Shown here piece by piece: positions 10,412 to 19,813 of a stretch of 64,000 nt of DNA. The stretch's first letter is position 1; every line of letters begins with the position of its first letter. Location of the stretch: NCBI GenBank assembly GCA_964595565.1, contig CAZQQX010000002.1, forward strand, positions 3,502-67,501, read 5' to 3'. A program made the position numbers and the translations under genes. Under the pieces are notes generated by a model that saw only the letters and a program-made list of their open reading frames with translations, was not told where the DNA came from and ran no database searches. The stretch is from an uncultured Actinomycetota bacterium. Its GTDB lineage: Bacteria; Actinomycetota; Humimicrobiia; Humimicrobiales; Humimicrobiaceae.

Positions 10412-12514
10412 CTAACCTCCTATTCTTATTCTTGCATCACCGGCTATAGAACCCTCTCCTGTTTTCTTTACAAACAGCGGATTTATATCCATTTCTATTA
10501 TTTCCGGAAATTCTGTTACCATCTGGGAAACCTTTAGTATAATTTCAATCATACTTCCAACATCTGAAGGTTCTTCACCTCTGATGCCTTCCAGCAGTTT
10601 TATAGTTTTAATTTCCTTAATCATTTCATATGCAGTTTGCCTGCTTAAAGGAGCAATTCTGAAAGAGACATCTTTAAGTGTCTCAACGTATATACCCCCG
10701 AGGCCAAACATAATAACCGGCCCGAATTGAGGGTCCTCACTGACTCCTATAATGGTCTCCTTTTTATCTTCAATAAATTCCTGAACCAGTATTCCCCTGA
10801 TATTAGCATCAGGCATATATCTTTTTACATTAAAAAGAATATTATCATAATTTTCTTCTAACTCTTTTTCATTATATATCCCAATCCTGACACCACCTAC
10901 ATCTGTTTTATGTAAAATATTGGGGGACACTATTTTTAATACAACCGGATATCCTATTTTTTTTGCAATTTCCCCTGCTTCTACAATATCACGTGAGAGC
11001 CCGGCTTCGGGTACCCTTATCCCATATGCCCCAAGAATACCTCTTGCTTCCATTTCCCCAAGTTCCAGCCTTTCATCAGAACGACACTTATCAAATATTT
11101 TTCTAACTTTTTCCTTATCTACACCAAAAGTTTCAACAGGGGAAACCCCTCTTGATTTCCAGTCTACATATTCCATCATAACTTTCAGGGTATCGATAGC
11201 TTCTTCCGGAATAGCAAAATTGGGTATATTTTGATTTGATAAAAATTCTACCGCTTTTCTTACCTCATTTCCTCCTATAAAACTGGTCAGTATTGTTTTA
11301 TCCTTCACATTTCTTTTTGCAACATCAACGATTGCCCTGGCTATTTCTAAAGGCTGTGTCATTCCCTGTGGTGTAAGCAACACTATTACCGCATCAACAT
11401 TGCTGTCTCCCATTACCACCTCGAGAGCCCGTCTGTACCTATCTGCCACTGCATCTCCCAGTAAATCTACAGGATTATAAAAGTTTGCTGCCCCGGGTAA
11501 AAATTCTTTTAAACTCTCTATGGTCTCTGTCCTCAGAGTGGACATTGTTATATTATTTTTTTCACATGCGTCAGTAGCCATTATACCCGGACCACCTGCA
11601 TTTGTTATTATTGCAACTTTTTTACCTTTAGGCAATGGTTGATATGAAAGAGCAACGGCATAATTAAAAAAATCTTTTACGGTATTTGCTCTTATGATAC
11701 CTGCCTGCTTAAAAGCAGACTCATAAGCTTTTGCAGAACCGGCAAGTGTGCCGGTATGAGACGATACTGCTCTTGCTCCTGCGTCTGTATTACCTGATTT
11801 AATTATGATTATTGGCTTTTTTTTAGAGACTCTGGAAGATATTTTAATAAACTCTCTTCCATTTTTTACACCTTCAATATATCCTGTTATAACCGTGGTT
11901 TCTTTCTCGCGTTCCCATTCATTGATAATGTCATTTTCCGAAATATCTGCTTTATTACCCAGCGAAACGAATTTGGAGAACCCTATGTTGCCTGTTTTAG
12001 CCCAATCAAGGACAGAAGTACCAAGTGCACCGGATTGGGATAAGAATCCTATTTTACCTCCCGGGGGTATACTTGTTGAAAATGTTGCATTCAGGGGACA
12101 GTTGTTATCTATAACTCCAAGACAATTAGGACCCAGTATTCTAATACTATATTTTCTGGCTATTTCCATCAGCCGGCTTTCTCTCTTCATGCCTTTCACT
12201 CCTGCTTCCTTGAAACCTGCTGATATAATAATAGACCATTTTACATTTTTCTTTGAACAATCCTCAAGAACCCGGCATACATACCGGGCGGGAATAGCCA
12301 TTAAAGCAAGGTCAATATCTGAGGGAATTTCTAAAACTGATGGATAGCACTTAATACCTTTTATTTTATCTGCATTTGGATTGACCGGGAATAATTTTCC
12401 TTTAAATCCCGAGTTTATTATATTCTCGAGTATTATATTACCTACTTTCCCTTTTTCCCTTGAGGCTCCAATTAATGCTATGGAACAAGGACAAAAAAAA
12501 TTCCCTGACCTCAA
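10412..12514 (-). CDS. acd: acetyl-CoA synthetase (ADP-forming), fused alpha/beta (NDP-forming acyl-CoA synthetase family)
   Basis: 700 aa; N-terminal CoA-binding Rossmann (IALIGASREKGKVG), succinyl-CoA-synthetase-like ligase domain, C-terminal ATP-grasp (GYPVVLKIVSPNILHKTDVGGVRIGI). Confidence 0.8.
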   Translation of the reverse strand: MRSGNFFCPCSIALIGASREKGKVGNIILENIINSGFKGKLFPVNPNADKIKGIKCYPSVLEIPSDIDLALMAIPARYVCRVLEDCSKKNVKWSIIISAGFKEAGVKGMKRESRLMEIARKYSIRILGPNCLGVIDNNCPLNATFSTSIPPGGKIGFLSQSGALGTSVLDWAKTGNIGFSKFVSLGNKADISENDIINEWEREKETTVITGYIEGVKNGREFIKISSRVSKKKPIIIIKSGNTDAGARAVSSHTGTLAGSAKAYESAFKQAGIIRANTVKDFFNYAVALSYQPLPKGKKVAIITNAGGPGIMATDACEKNNITMSTLRTETIESLKEFLPGAANFYNPVDLLGDAVADRYRRALEVVMGDSNVDAVIVLLTPQGMTQPLEIARAIVDVAKRNVKDKTILTSFIGGNEVRKAVEFLSNQNIPNFAIPEEAIDTLKVMMEYVDWKSRGVSPVETFGVDKEKVRKIFDKCRSDERLELGEMEARGILGAYGIRVPEAGLSRDIVEAGEIAKKIGYPVVLKIVSPNILHKTDVGGVRIGIYNEKELEENYDNILFNVKRYMPDANIRGILVQEFIEDKKETIIGVSEDPQFGPVIMFGLGGIYVETLKDVSFRIAPLSRQTAYEMIKEIKTIKLLEGIRGEEPSDVGSMIEIILKVSQMVTEFPEIIEMDINPLFVKKTGEGSIAGDARIRIGG

Positions 12515-12547
12515 ATCAAAACCTCCAATCCTGACTTCAACTCACTT

Positions 12548-12763
12548 CTATTTACTGGCTTCTTTTTTTTCTTTCTTTTTGCCCTTATCCTCAAAAATTA
12601 TTATTTCATTTTCAGAATAATAGCCGCAATTCTCACAGACTCTGTGAGAAACTTTTTTGCTGTGACATCTCGGACACTCAACAATGTTTAACAATTTCAA
12701 CTTCTGATGAGTCCTTCGTTTATTTCTTTTGGACTTTGATGTTTTTCCTTTTGGAACTGCCAA
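12548..12763 (-). CDS. rpmF: 50S ribosomal protein L32
   Basis: 71 aa; MAVPKGKTSKSKRNKRRTH...C..C..C..C zinc-ribbon L32. Confidence 0.9.
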   Translation of the reverse strand: MAVPKGKTSKSKRNKRRTHQKLKLLNIVECPRCHSKKVSHRVCENCGYYSENEIIIFEDKGKKKEKKEASK

Positions 12764-12886
12764 TTCTGCTTCCTCCTGTTAAAATATCTTGTTACAAACT
12801 TGTTATTAATCTACACAGGTATATAAATATATCATAAAATGATTATTATTCAACAAATTTACCAATCACCAATTTTTTCAAAACCA

Positions 12887-13354
12887 TTAAATCTTATTAT
12901 CCCCCGTGCCTGCACCACCTCTGAATTGCTCTCTGCCTTTCTCAATTGCAGTTATTAATTTGTGCAATACAGCTTCCAGATTTGCTAATTTCTCATCAGC
13001 ATAATCCTCTGCCTCAAGCCTTATGGTCCTCGCTCTGGCCTCAACCGCCGACATCAATTCTTCTGCCTTTCTATTTGCATTTTTAAGAACCTCTGTCTCA
13101 CTTACCAGCATTTCTGCTTTCTCCTGTGAGTCTTTAATTATCTTTTCCGAATATCTCTTGGCCTCTTCTATCATATTTTCTCTTTCTTTCACGATCCATC
13201 TGGATTGTTTTAACTCTTCTGGAAGTACATTCCTTAATTCATCAATCAGGTCATATATTTCGTTCTCATTAACGATTACATTAGATGAGAAAGGTATCCT
13301 TTTACTTTTATCAAGAAGTTCCTCAATATGGTCTACAATCTCAAAAACGTCCAT
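12887..13354 (-). CDS. hypothetical coiled-coil protein (ATP-synthase b/E-like heptad-rich helix, no Cys)
   Basis: 155 aa ORF, highly charged and helical (EELKQSRWIVKERENMIEEAKRYSEKII...). It occupies the slot usually held by YceD/DUF177 upstream of rpmF but lacks the DUF177 Cys motifs. Confidence 0.4.
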   Translation of the reverse strand: MDVFEIVDHIEELLDKSKRIPFSSNVIVNENEIYDLIDELRNVLPEELKQSRWIVKERENMIEEAKRYSEKIIKDSQEKAEMLVSETEVLKNANRKAEELMSAVEARARTIRLEAEDYADEKLANLEAVLHKLITAIEKGREQFRGGAGTGDNKI

Positions 13355-13376
13355 GTTTCACTCCATATGTATTTTT

Positions 13377-13913
13377 TTATTTAAAACTATTTTTATTAAA
13401 ACTTTCAACAATATCCTTTTCAATCTCTTCAGGAACCAGCCCCTTTATACATCCCTTAAACATAGCTACCTCCTTAACAGCACTGGAGCTAAGGTAGGCA
13501 AATTTAGGATTTGTTACTATAAACATGGTTTCCACCCCTGGATTTAATTTTTTGTTTATTTGTGCCATCTGGAACTCGTACTCAAAATCTGATATAGCTC
13601 TAAGGCCTTTAATTATCACCGTTGCTTTTACCTTCTTTGCTACTTCTACCAGTAACCCATCAAAAGTGATAACCTCTATATTTTCTAAACTGCCAAATAC
13701 CCTCCTGGCAAATTCAACTCTTCTTTTTATTGAATAAAGAGGTTTCTTTCTCGGGTTTCTTGATATCGCTACTATAACTTTAGAAAAATTTTTTGAACAC
13801 CTCTGGATTATATCCCTGTGCCCTTCTGTTAAAGGGTCATAGGTCCCCGGACATAGTGCTATTCTCTCCGGTATTTTTTCCACTATTTTAATCCCATCTT
13901 CTAATTTTTGCAT
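13377..13913 (-). CDS. coaD: phosphopantetheine adenylyltransferase
   Basis: 178 aa; CPGTYDPLTEGHRDII (HxGH nucleotidyltransferase motif), ISDFEYE. Confidence 0.9.
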   Translation of the reverse strand: MQKLEDGIKIVEKIPERIALCPGTYDPLTEGHRDIIQRCSKNFSKVIVAISRNPRKKPLYSIKRRVEFARRVFGSLENIEVITFDGLLVEVAKKVKATVIIKGLRAISDFEYEFQMAQINKKLNPGVETMFIVTNPKFAYLSSSAVKEVAMFKGCIKGLVPEEIEKDIVESFNKNSFK

Positions 13914-13917
13914 ATAT

Positions 13918-14472
13918 TTAACCTGGAGACAGGTAAATTACTTTTTTATCTCCAAAATGTGATTCCTTTAATATTTCTAATTTTTTTATTTCTTCTTTAA
14001 TGTCCCTTTTAAAAAAATACTCATATATTACAAGGCAATTATCTTTAGTAAATTTATTTTCCGATATGACCTCAAATATTTTTATCATTATATCACTTAC
14101 AATCTTATAAGGCGGGTCAAGAAAGATTATATCCCACTTTAAATCAGTATGAAAATCAAAAAATTTTAAAACATCACTGTTTATTATTTTATACTTTTCC
14201 CTTTGAATTTTTAAGCTTCTGACATTATATTCTATTAATCTAACGGACTCAAAGCTTTTATCTACAAAATAAACTATATTGCAATCCCTGCTCAGTGATT
14301 CTATCCCGAGCGAACCTGTTCCCGCGAATAAATCCAGGACATTTGCCCCTTTTATTTTATCGCCAATAACATCGAATATGCTTTCCTTTACTCTATCCAG
14401 AGTTGGTCTGATTTTATAATTTAAAGGGGGTCTGAGTTTTCTTCTCTTAAATTTACCTGAAATTACTCTAAT
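13918..14472 (-). CDS. rsmD: 16S rRNA (guanine966-N2)-methyltransferase RsmD, apparently initiating at a non-canonical ATT codon
   Basis: Open frame from in-frame TAG (14500-14502) to TAA (13918-13920). It reads (I)IRVISGKFKRRKLRPPLNYKIRPTLDRVKESIFDVIG...LDLFAGTGSLGIESLSRD...FLDPPY, the RsmD N-terminus and SAM and DPPY motifs. There is no in-frame ATG/GTG/TTG before residue ~150. GGTGG lies 6 nt upstream of ATT at 14472. The gene is missing from the ORF track. Confidence 0.65.
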   Translation of the reverse strand: MRVISGKFKRRKLRPPLNYKIRPTLDRVKESIFDVIGDKIKGANVLDLFAGTGSLGIESLSRDCNIVYFVDKSFESVRLIEYNVRSLKIQREKYKIINSDVLKFFDFHTDLKWDIIFLDPPYKIVSDIMIKIFEVISENKFTKDNCLVIYEYFFKRDIKEEIKKLEILKESHFGDKKVIYLSPG

Positions 14473-14494
14473 AATTAACCACCATGTAATAAAC

Positions 14495-16249
14495 TTATTC
14501 TATTGAAAAAATGTAGGGATACAGAGGCTGCCCGCCTTTGTGTATCTCAATATCTATTTTAGAAAAATATTGTTTAATTTTCTTTGTTATTTTCTCAATA
14601 TCCTCTTTAACTGCATCTTTTCCTGTATAGAAAGTAATAACTTCTTCCTTTGAATCAGTAATATCCCTCACCAGGTCTATGGTCGCATCTACTACATTAT
14701 CTGAAATTACTCTTATGTTCCCATTGGATAAACCAATATATTCACCCTTTTTTATTTTACCCACCATAAGATTAGCATCTCTTACTGCTCTGGTTATCTC
14801 TCCTTCCCTGGTTCTTCTTGCTGCCTCCTCCATATTATTCATATTCTCTTCAATACCTGCCTCGGGGTTATAATTCAGAACAGCAGATATGCCCGCGGGT
14901 ATAGTTCTTGTTGGCACCACATAAATATTTTTTTCTTTTATAATCTTTTTGGTTTGATTTGCAGTAAGAATTATATTTTTATTATTTGGAAATATAATAA
15001 CATCTGTAGCATCCAGACTGTTTACAGCCTTTGCTATATCATATGCTGACGGGTTCATACTCTGCCCCCCGCTCACAATAATATCAACACCTATGCTCTT
15101 AAATATGCCTTCCAATCCATCTCCATTCGCTATAGCAAGCAGGGCTGCTTTTCTCACATCTGCCTTTCTTTCCTCTGGTTCTTCTATGCCCACCTCTTCT
15201 TTTCGCTGGTCCTCCATGTTACTAATCTCAATGTCATGCAGGGTACCTTCTCTTAAAGCTGTTTTTAAAACTTTATTTGGATAGTTGGTATGAACATGTA
15301 TTTTAACTATATTCTTATTACCCACCACCATTGCACTATCTCCGTAACTTTCAATTCTCTCTCTCAATCTTTCTATATTTATTCTATCGCCCTTTACCAT
15401 AACCTGGGTACAATAAATATACTTAATCTCGTAGGTGCGCTTTACCTCTTTCAAATTATCCATATCATTTTCTGAAATATCCTTTTTATACCCATCAGAA
15501 TTATTCTCTTCTGGTGTTTTCCTATTCTTACCATTATTACAGCCTTTTCCCCCGGCCATAGAATATGCTTTCCTGGTTTTATCTGTTTTTAATTCCAGTT
15601 GATTATCTACACTCCCGATTATAGTAAGGGCTTTTTTAATACCGATAATTATATCAAGAAGACCCCGGGCTCCGGCATCCACCACACCTGCTTTCTTTAA
15701 TACCGGCAGAAGGAAAGTTGATCTCTCGACGGATTTCTCGGCTTCAAAAATAATCTCATCCAGAAAATCTATTACCCTCATTTTAAAGATTTTATTATTT
15801 AAACCTTCAACAAAATTCCCGATATCTTTTATGGTAGTAAGCATGGTACCTTCAGTAGGGTCCTGAACTGAGCTGTAAGCCAGATCTTTCGATGATTTCA
15901 GGGCTCTTCTAATTAACCCGGGGTTAAAGCTATTATCTTCAATAAATACATCACAAAAACCTTTAATTATTTGAGATAGTATAACCCCTGAATTCCCCCT
16001 GGCTCCCATTAATGCTCCGAAAGAAGCTTTTTCCAGAACGTTTCTAACAGAAAAATCTTTAACCTTTAAGAGCTCCTCTCTAACAGATTTCAAAGTTAGA
16101 AGCATATTGGTACCTGTATCACCGTCAGGTACCGGGAACACATTTAAGTTATTAATTTTATTTTCATTTTCTTTAAAATTATCAATTACGGTATCAATAA
16201 GTATTTTTAAATCCCCATCATTTATTCCATCAAACATAATATCACTCAT
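14495..16249 (-). CDS. yloV: DAK2-domain protein YloV / fatty-acid kinase FakA-like
   Basis: 584 aa; N-terminal Dak2 motif (VPDGDTGTNM), C-terminal DegV-like/FakA extension; divergent from rpmB as in Bacillus. Confidence 0.85.
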   Translation of the reverse strand: MSDIMFDGINDGDLKILIDTVIDNFKENENKINNLNVFPVPDGDTGTNMLLTLKSVREELLKVKDFSVRNVLEKASFGALMGARGNSGVILSQIIKGFCDVFIEDNSFNPGLIRRALKSSKDLAYSSVQDPTEGTMLTTIKDIGNFVEGLNNKIFKMRVIDFLDEIIFEAEKSVERSTFLLPVLKKAGVVDAGARGLLDIIIGIKKALTIIGSVDNQLELKTDKTRKAYSMAGGKGCNNGKNRKTPEENNSDGYKKDISENDMDNLKEVKRTYEIKYIYCTQVMVKGDRINIERLRERIESYGDSAMVVGNKNIVKIHVHTNYPNKVLKTALREGTLHDIEISNMEDQRKEEVGIEEPEERKADVRKAALLAIANGDGLEGIFKSIGVDIIVSGGQSMNPSAYDIAKAVNSLDATDVIIFPNNKNIILTANQTKKIIKEKNIYVVPTRTIPAGISAVLNYNPEAGIEENMNNMEEAARRTREGEITRAVRDANLMVGKIKKGEYIGLSNGNIRVISDNVVDATIDLVRDITDSKEEVITFYTGKDAVKEDIEKITKKIKQYFSKIDIEIHKGGQPLYPYIFSIE

Positions 16250-16416
16250 TCCAAATAAAATTATTTTATACTCAGACTAAAATTCCCATTACACTGTAAC
16301 AAAATTTATCTTTTTTCAATCCAATAATTTTCCTCCTGCCAGTCCCATTTTACATTTCCTATGACTCTATTATTTAAAAATTGTTTCTGTCAACAATCAT
16401 ATATTTTTTATTTACC

Positions 16417-16445
16417 TTGAAAAGAATTAAATAAAATGTTAATAT
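16417..16445 (+). promoter_or_regulatory. sigma-A type promoter for rpmB: TTGAAA - 17 nt - TAATAT with TG extended -10
   Basis: TTGAAA at 16417-16422, 17-nt spacer, TGtTAATAT ending 16445; ~85 nt upstream of the rpmB start. Confidence 0.4.
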
Positions 16446-16532
16446 TCCTTCCTGTTTAATTAATAATTATTCTAAATATAATACATTAGATTAAAAAATA
16501 TAAAAAATATAATTTTCGGTTCGGGAGTAAAA

Positions 16533-16724
16533 ATGTCCAGAATATGTGAAATATGTGGTAAAAAAACAACTTTTGGCAATAGCGTAAGCCATTCACATAA
16601 AAAAACAAGAAGATCTTTTAAACCTAACATCCACAAGGTAAAGGTTGAGTATAAAGGTCAGATAAGAACCATGAATATATGTGCAGGCTGCCTTACATCA
16701 GGCAAAGTAAAAAAAGTGGTCTAA
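16533..16724 (+). CDS. rpmB: 50S ribosomal protein L28
   Basis: 63 aa; MSRICEICGKK...HSHKKTRR typical L28. Confidence 0.9.
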   Translation: MSRICEICGKKTTFGNSVSHSHKKTRRSFKPNIHKVKVEYKGQIRTMNICAGCLTSGKVKKVV

Positions 16725-16771
16725 ATATGTAGCACGGGTATTTATAGCTCTCAAAGAACGCAGTATATCCT

Positions 16772-18331
16772 TTAAATCCTGGCTTTTTCAAGACAGCACA
16801 TAAAGCCTCCTTCACTTCTAAAATAATAAGGCATTATTTCAAAATACCCTTCCCGCTCAATTTCACCGGAATCCTTTTTCAAATTTAAATTTGATACCGT
16901 CTTTTTAAAAATATCCGGGGTTCTGACCCTGTATTTACCCCCGTATTCCTTTAAGAATTTATTTATAACCTCCTGGTTTTCCAGTAGAGATAACGTGCAG
17001 GTGTAAAAAACAAGTTTCCCTCCCGGTTTAAGATACCTGTCACAGTTAGTCATTATCATGTATGACATCCCGGAAAGCCGCCTTACATCATCCATCGTCT
17101 TATTGTATTTCACATCAGGGTTCCTGGATATAGTTCCAAAAGCGCTGCAGGGAGCATCAACAAAAATACTATCAAAGTAATTTTCATAAGTACCGGAAAT
17201 TACCTTCTTTCCTGATGCCTTCTTTATTTTACCTTTTCTTCTTTTATTCAAAAAATCCCTTTCAGAAGCATCTGCTTCTACAATTATTAAATTATTTATC
17301 TTCATTCTCTTTGCATTATCCTTCAATATTTCAAGTCTTTTTTTGCTGATATCAACCGAAACCACCTCTCCCCTATCTCCGAGCATCTCTGAAATATATG
17401 CAGTTTTGCCACCGGGCGCAGCGCAGACATCAAGTATCTTTTCACCTTTAAGAGGCTCTAAAAAATATTTTAATGCCATCTGAGAAGAAAGATCCTGAAC
17501 CGAGACTAAACCTCTGGCATAAATTTTAGTCCGTGTAATACCCTGGACCCTTTTAATTTCTATACTTCCTTCCAGTATGTTTTGTTTAAAAAAATTATAT
17601 TCATAATCTTTTCCTTTAATGGAATTTGATATAAAAGCACCGCCATTATCAGTATCCGGTCCGGATTGTGCTCCGATAATTGAAAATTCTCTTAATTCTT
17701 TTAACAATTTTTCTCTGCCAATTTTATTTTTATTAAATCTTATATACACAGGCAGGCTCTTATTAAGATAGCTACAGATTAAAATTGTTTTTTCTTCACC
17801 ATACCAGTCAAGCCAGTAATCCACCAGCCAGCGCGGATAGGAATATTTTATACTAATTTTTTCATCCTCATCCTCCAGTATGTTATTAATTTTTTCTTCC
17901 ACAAACAGGTTTAAATTTGAGATTGAGCTCGCCCTGCGTAATATTGCATTTACAAATCCCGAAGAAGATGCGCTGATATTTTTCCTGGCCAGCTTGACAC
18001 TTTCATTAACTGTTGAATAATCCGGAACCCTATCCATATATAGCAATTGATAAATACCCATTCTCAGAATATTAAGCACTTTAAAATCAATGTTTTCAAG
18101 GCCCTTGCTGGAGAATAAGGAAATTATAAAATCTATTTTTAAATTATACCTTACGGTACCCTTGACTATGTTAAAAATAAAACGCCTGTCAAGCCCGGAT
18201 AATTTATAATTATTAAAGTAATTATTGATTATATCTTTTAGAGATTTTCTCTTATTAAAATAGTTATTTAAAATTAGGAGTGCGACCTGGCGAGGGTTAA
18301 TTTTATTCTTTCTTTCATTCAAGTTTTTCAC
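16772..18331 (-). CDS. rsmB: 16S rRNA (cytosine967-C5)-methyltransferase RsmB (extended, 519 aa)
   Basis: NusB-like N domain, LDVCAAPGGKT SAM motif, catalytic DAPCS and TCT Cys motifs; fmt-rsmB overlap. Confidence 0.85.
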   Translation of the reverse strand: MKNLNERKNKINPRQVALLILNNYFNKRKSLKDIINNYFNNYKLSGLDRRFIFNIVKGTVRYNLKIDFIISLFSSKGLENIDFKVLNILRMGIYQLLYMDRVPDYSTVNESVKLARKNISASSSGFVNAILRRASSISNLNLFVEEKINNILEDEDEKISIKYSYPRWLVDYWLDWYGEEKTILICSYLNKSLPVYIRFNKNKIGREKLLKELREFSIIGAQSGPDTDNGGAFISNSIKGKDYEYNFFKQNILEGSIEIKRVQGITRTKIYARGLVSVQDLSSQMALKYFLEPLKGEKILDVCAAPGGKTAYISEMLGDRGEVVSVDISKKRLEILKDNAKRMKINNLIIVEADASERDFLNKRRKGKIKKASGKKVISGTYENYFDSIFVDAPCSAFGTISRNPDVKYNKTMDDVRRLSGMSYMIMTNCDRYLKPGGKLVFYTCTLSLLENQEVINKFLKEYGGKYRVRTPDIFKKTVSNLNLKKDSGEIEREGYFEIMPYYFRSEGGFMCCLEKARI

Positions 18332-19283
18332 CGGCTTTTAGCCTGTATCCATTAATAAAATCCATCGCAGACATTACTCTTTTCCCTTCAGGCTGCAAAA
18401 GTTCAATTCTTAAAAGTTTATTTTCTCTGCATCTAACCAGAATACCTGAATTTTTATCAGCCCTGACAACTTCTCCGTCGTTAATATTTTTTTTAACTTT
18501 TAATTCAGACAAAGATAAGTCTTTTCCCGTTTCATCCGGTATAGAAACCTTTAATATTTTGATTCTTAAATTCTTCCAGAAACAATAAGCGCCGGGCTTT
18601 GGACTGAATGCTCTAACTTTATTAATTATCTCTTCTCTTTCATTTTCCCAGTTAATTCTTAAATCTTCTTTCTTTATTTTTTGGGTGAAAATTATCCCCT
18701 TACTCCCCTGCGGATAAGGTTCAAGATTATGGTATTCCATTAAATCCAGAACTTTAAGCAATGCTGATTTTCCTAACTCTATAACCTTTTTCTCGTAGCT
18801 TTCACGGTTATCATCCATCCCTATTCTAAATTTGACCTGGGCGTATATTCTTCCGGCATCGACTTCAGGGACTACCTCCACTATGCTCACACCGCCTATA
18901 ACATCCCCATTAATTAGAGCGCTTACAATAGGGGCAGGGCCCCTGTATCTCGGTAACAGCGAGGGATGTATATTCAACCACCTGGCATCTGTCATCTCAA
19001 ATATTTTTTTGTCCAGTATCTTTCCAAAAGAAGATATAATAACGGCATCAAATTTTTTTTCTTTTAAAGCACGGTAAAAATTATCATCAAATCTTTCAAT
19101 TTGGACATATTCTATTCTCAGCTCTTCAGCTTTCTTTTTTACCACATTATCTGTAACTTTTCTACCTCTCCCGGCCGGCCTGTCAACAATAGTAACCACC
19201 ATATTTACTGAATGTCGTGATTTATATAATTCTTCTAAAAAAGGAACAGAAATGTCCGAAGAACCGAAAAAAATTATCTCCAA
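18315..19283 (-). CDS. fmt: methionyl-tRNA formyltransferase
   Basis: 322 aa; formyl-transferase N domain (IIFFGS...VVT, SLLPRYRG) and C-terminal domain. Confidence 0.9.
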   Translation of the reverse strand: MEIIFFGSSDISVPFLEELYKSRHSVNMVVTIVDRPAGRGRKVTDNVVKKKAEELRIEYVQIERFDDNFYRALKEKKFDAVIISSFGKILDKKIFEMTDARWLNIHPSLLPRYRGPAPIVSALINGDVIGGVSIVEVVPEVDAGRIYAQVKFRIGMDDNRESYEKKVIELGKSALLKVLDLMEYHNLEPYPQGSKGIIFTQKIKKEDLRINWENEREEIINKVRAFSPKPGAYCFWKNLRIKILKVSIPDETGKDLSLSELKVKKNINDGEVVRADKNSGILVRCRENKLLRIELLQPEGKRVMSAMDFINGYRLKAGEKLE

Positions 19284-19299
19284 TTTAAAACTCCTTAAT

Positions 19300-19797
19300 T
19301 CAAATACCCATTTTTATCTCATTGACCATAGACAGAAGCTCACTTCTGGATTTACTATCAAGACGGTCTACATATAAAATCCCATTAAGATGGTCAATTT
19401 CATGCTGAAATATTCTCGCCACTAAATCTTCTGCTACTATTACAACATCCTTACCTTTCAAATCTTTTGCTTTTACTTCCACTTTCCTGAACCTCTGAAC
19501 GCTAAAATCTCTTATTGAATAAATGCTGAGGCATCCCTCTTCAGAATCTATTTTCTCTTTGCCCTTAATCTTAATTTCCGGATTTATAAATGCCTTAATC
19601 TCATCACCCATGTTAACCACAATAACTCTTCTGGATACACCTATCTGGGGTGCAGCCAATCCCACTCCACCTTCTTTTTCCATGGTATCAATCATATCTT
19701 TAACCAGGCTTTTCACCTTCCCGTCTATTTTCTCCACACCCCTGCTTTTTTCTCTCAGAACCGGGTCACCTATTTTTCGTATTTTTCTGGCTGACAT
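19300..19797 (-). CDS. def: peptide deformylase
   Basis: GLAAPQIG, EGCLS, QHEIDHL motifs; probable start is MSARKIRK at 19797, preceded by AAGGAGG; the longer track ORF starts upstream inside priA. Confidence 0.9.
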   Translation of the reverse strand: MSARKIRKIGDPVLREKSRGVEKIDGKVKSLVKDMIDTMEKEGGVGLAAPQIGVSRRVIVVNMGDEIKAFINPEIKIKGKEKIDSEEGCLSIYSIRDFSVQRFRKVEVKAKDLKGKDVVIVAEDLVARIFQHEIDHLNGILYVDRLDSKSRSELLSMVNEIKMGI

Positions 19798-19813
19798 AAA
19801 ACCTCCTTTAAAT

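Noticed and set aside
16250-16532. Scanned all intergenic gaps >60 bp (for example 16250-16532, 36584-36956, 41149-41592, 50928-51167, 60935-61333) for tRNA-like GC-rich cloverleaf segments, CRISPR repeats or IS terminal inverted repeats
   Set aside because: All are uniformly AT-rich without GC-rich 70-90-nt islands, regularly spaced repeats or inverted terminal repeats. No RNA gene or mobile element is supported.
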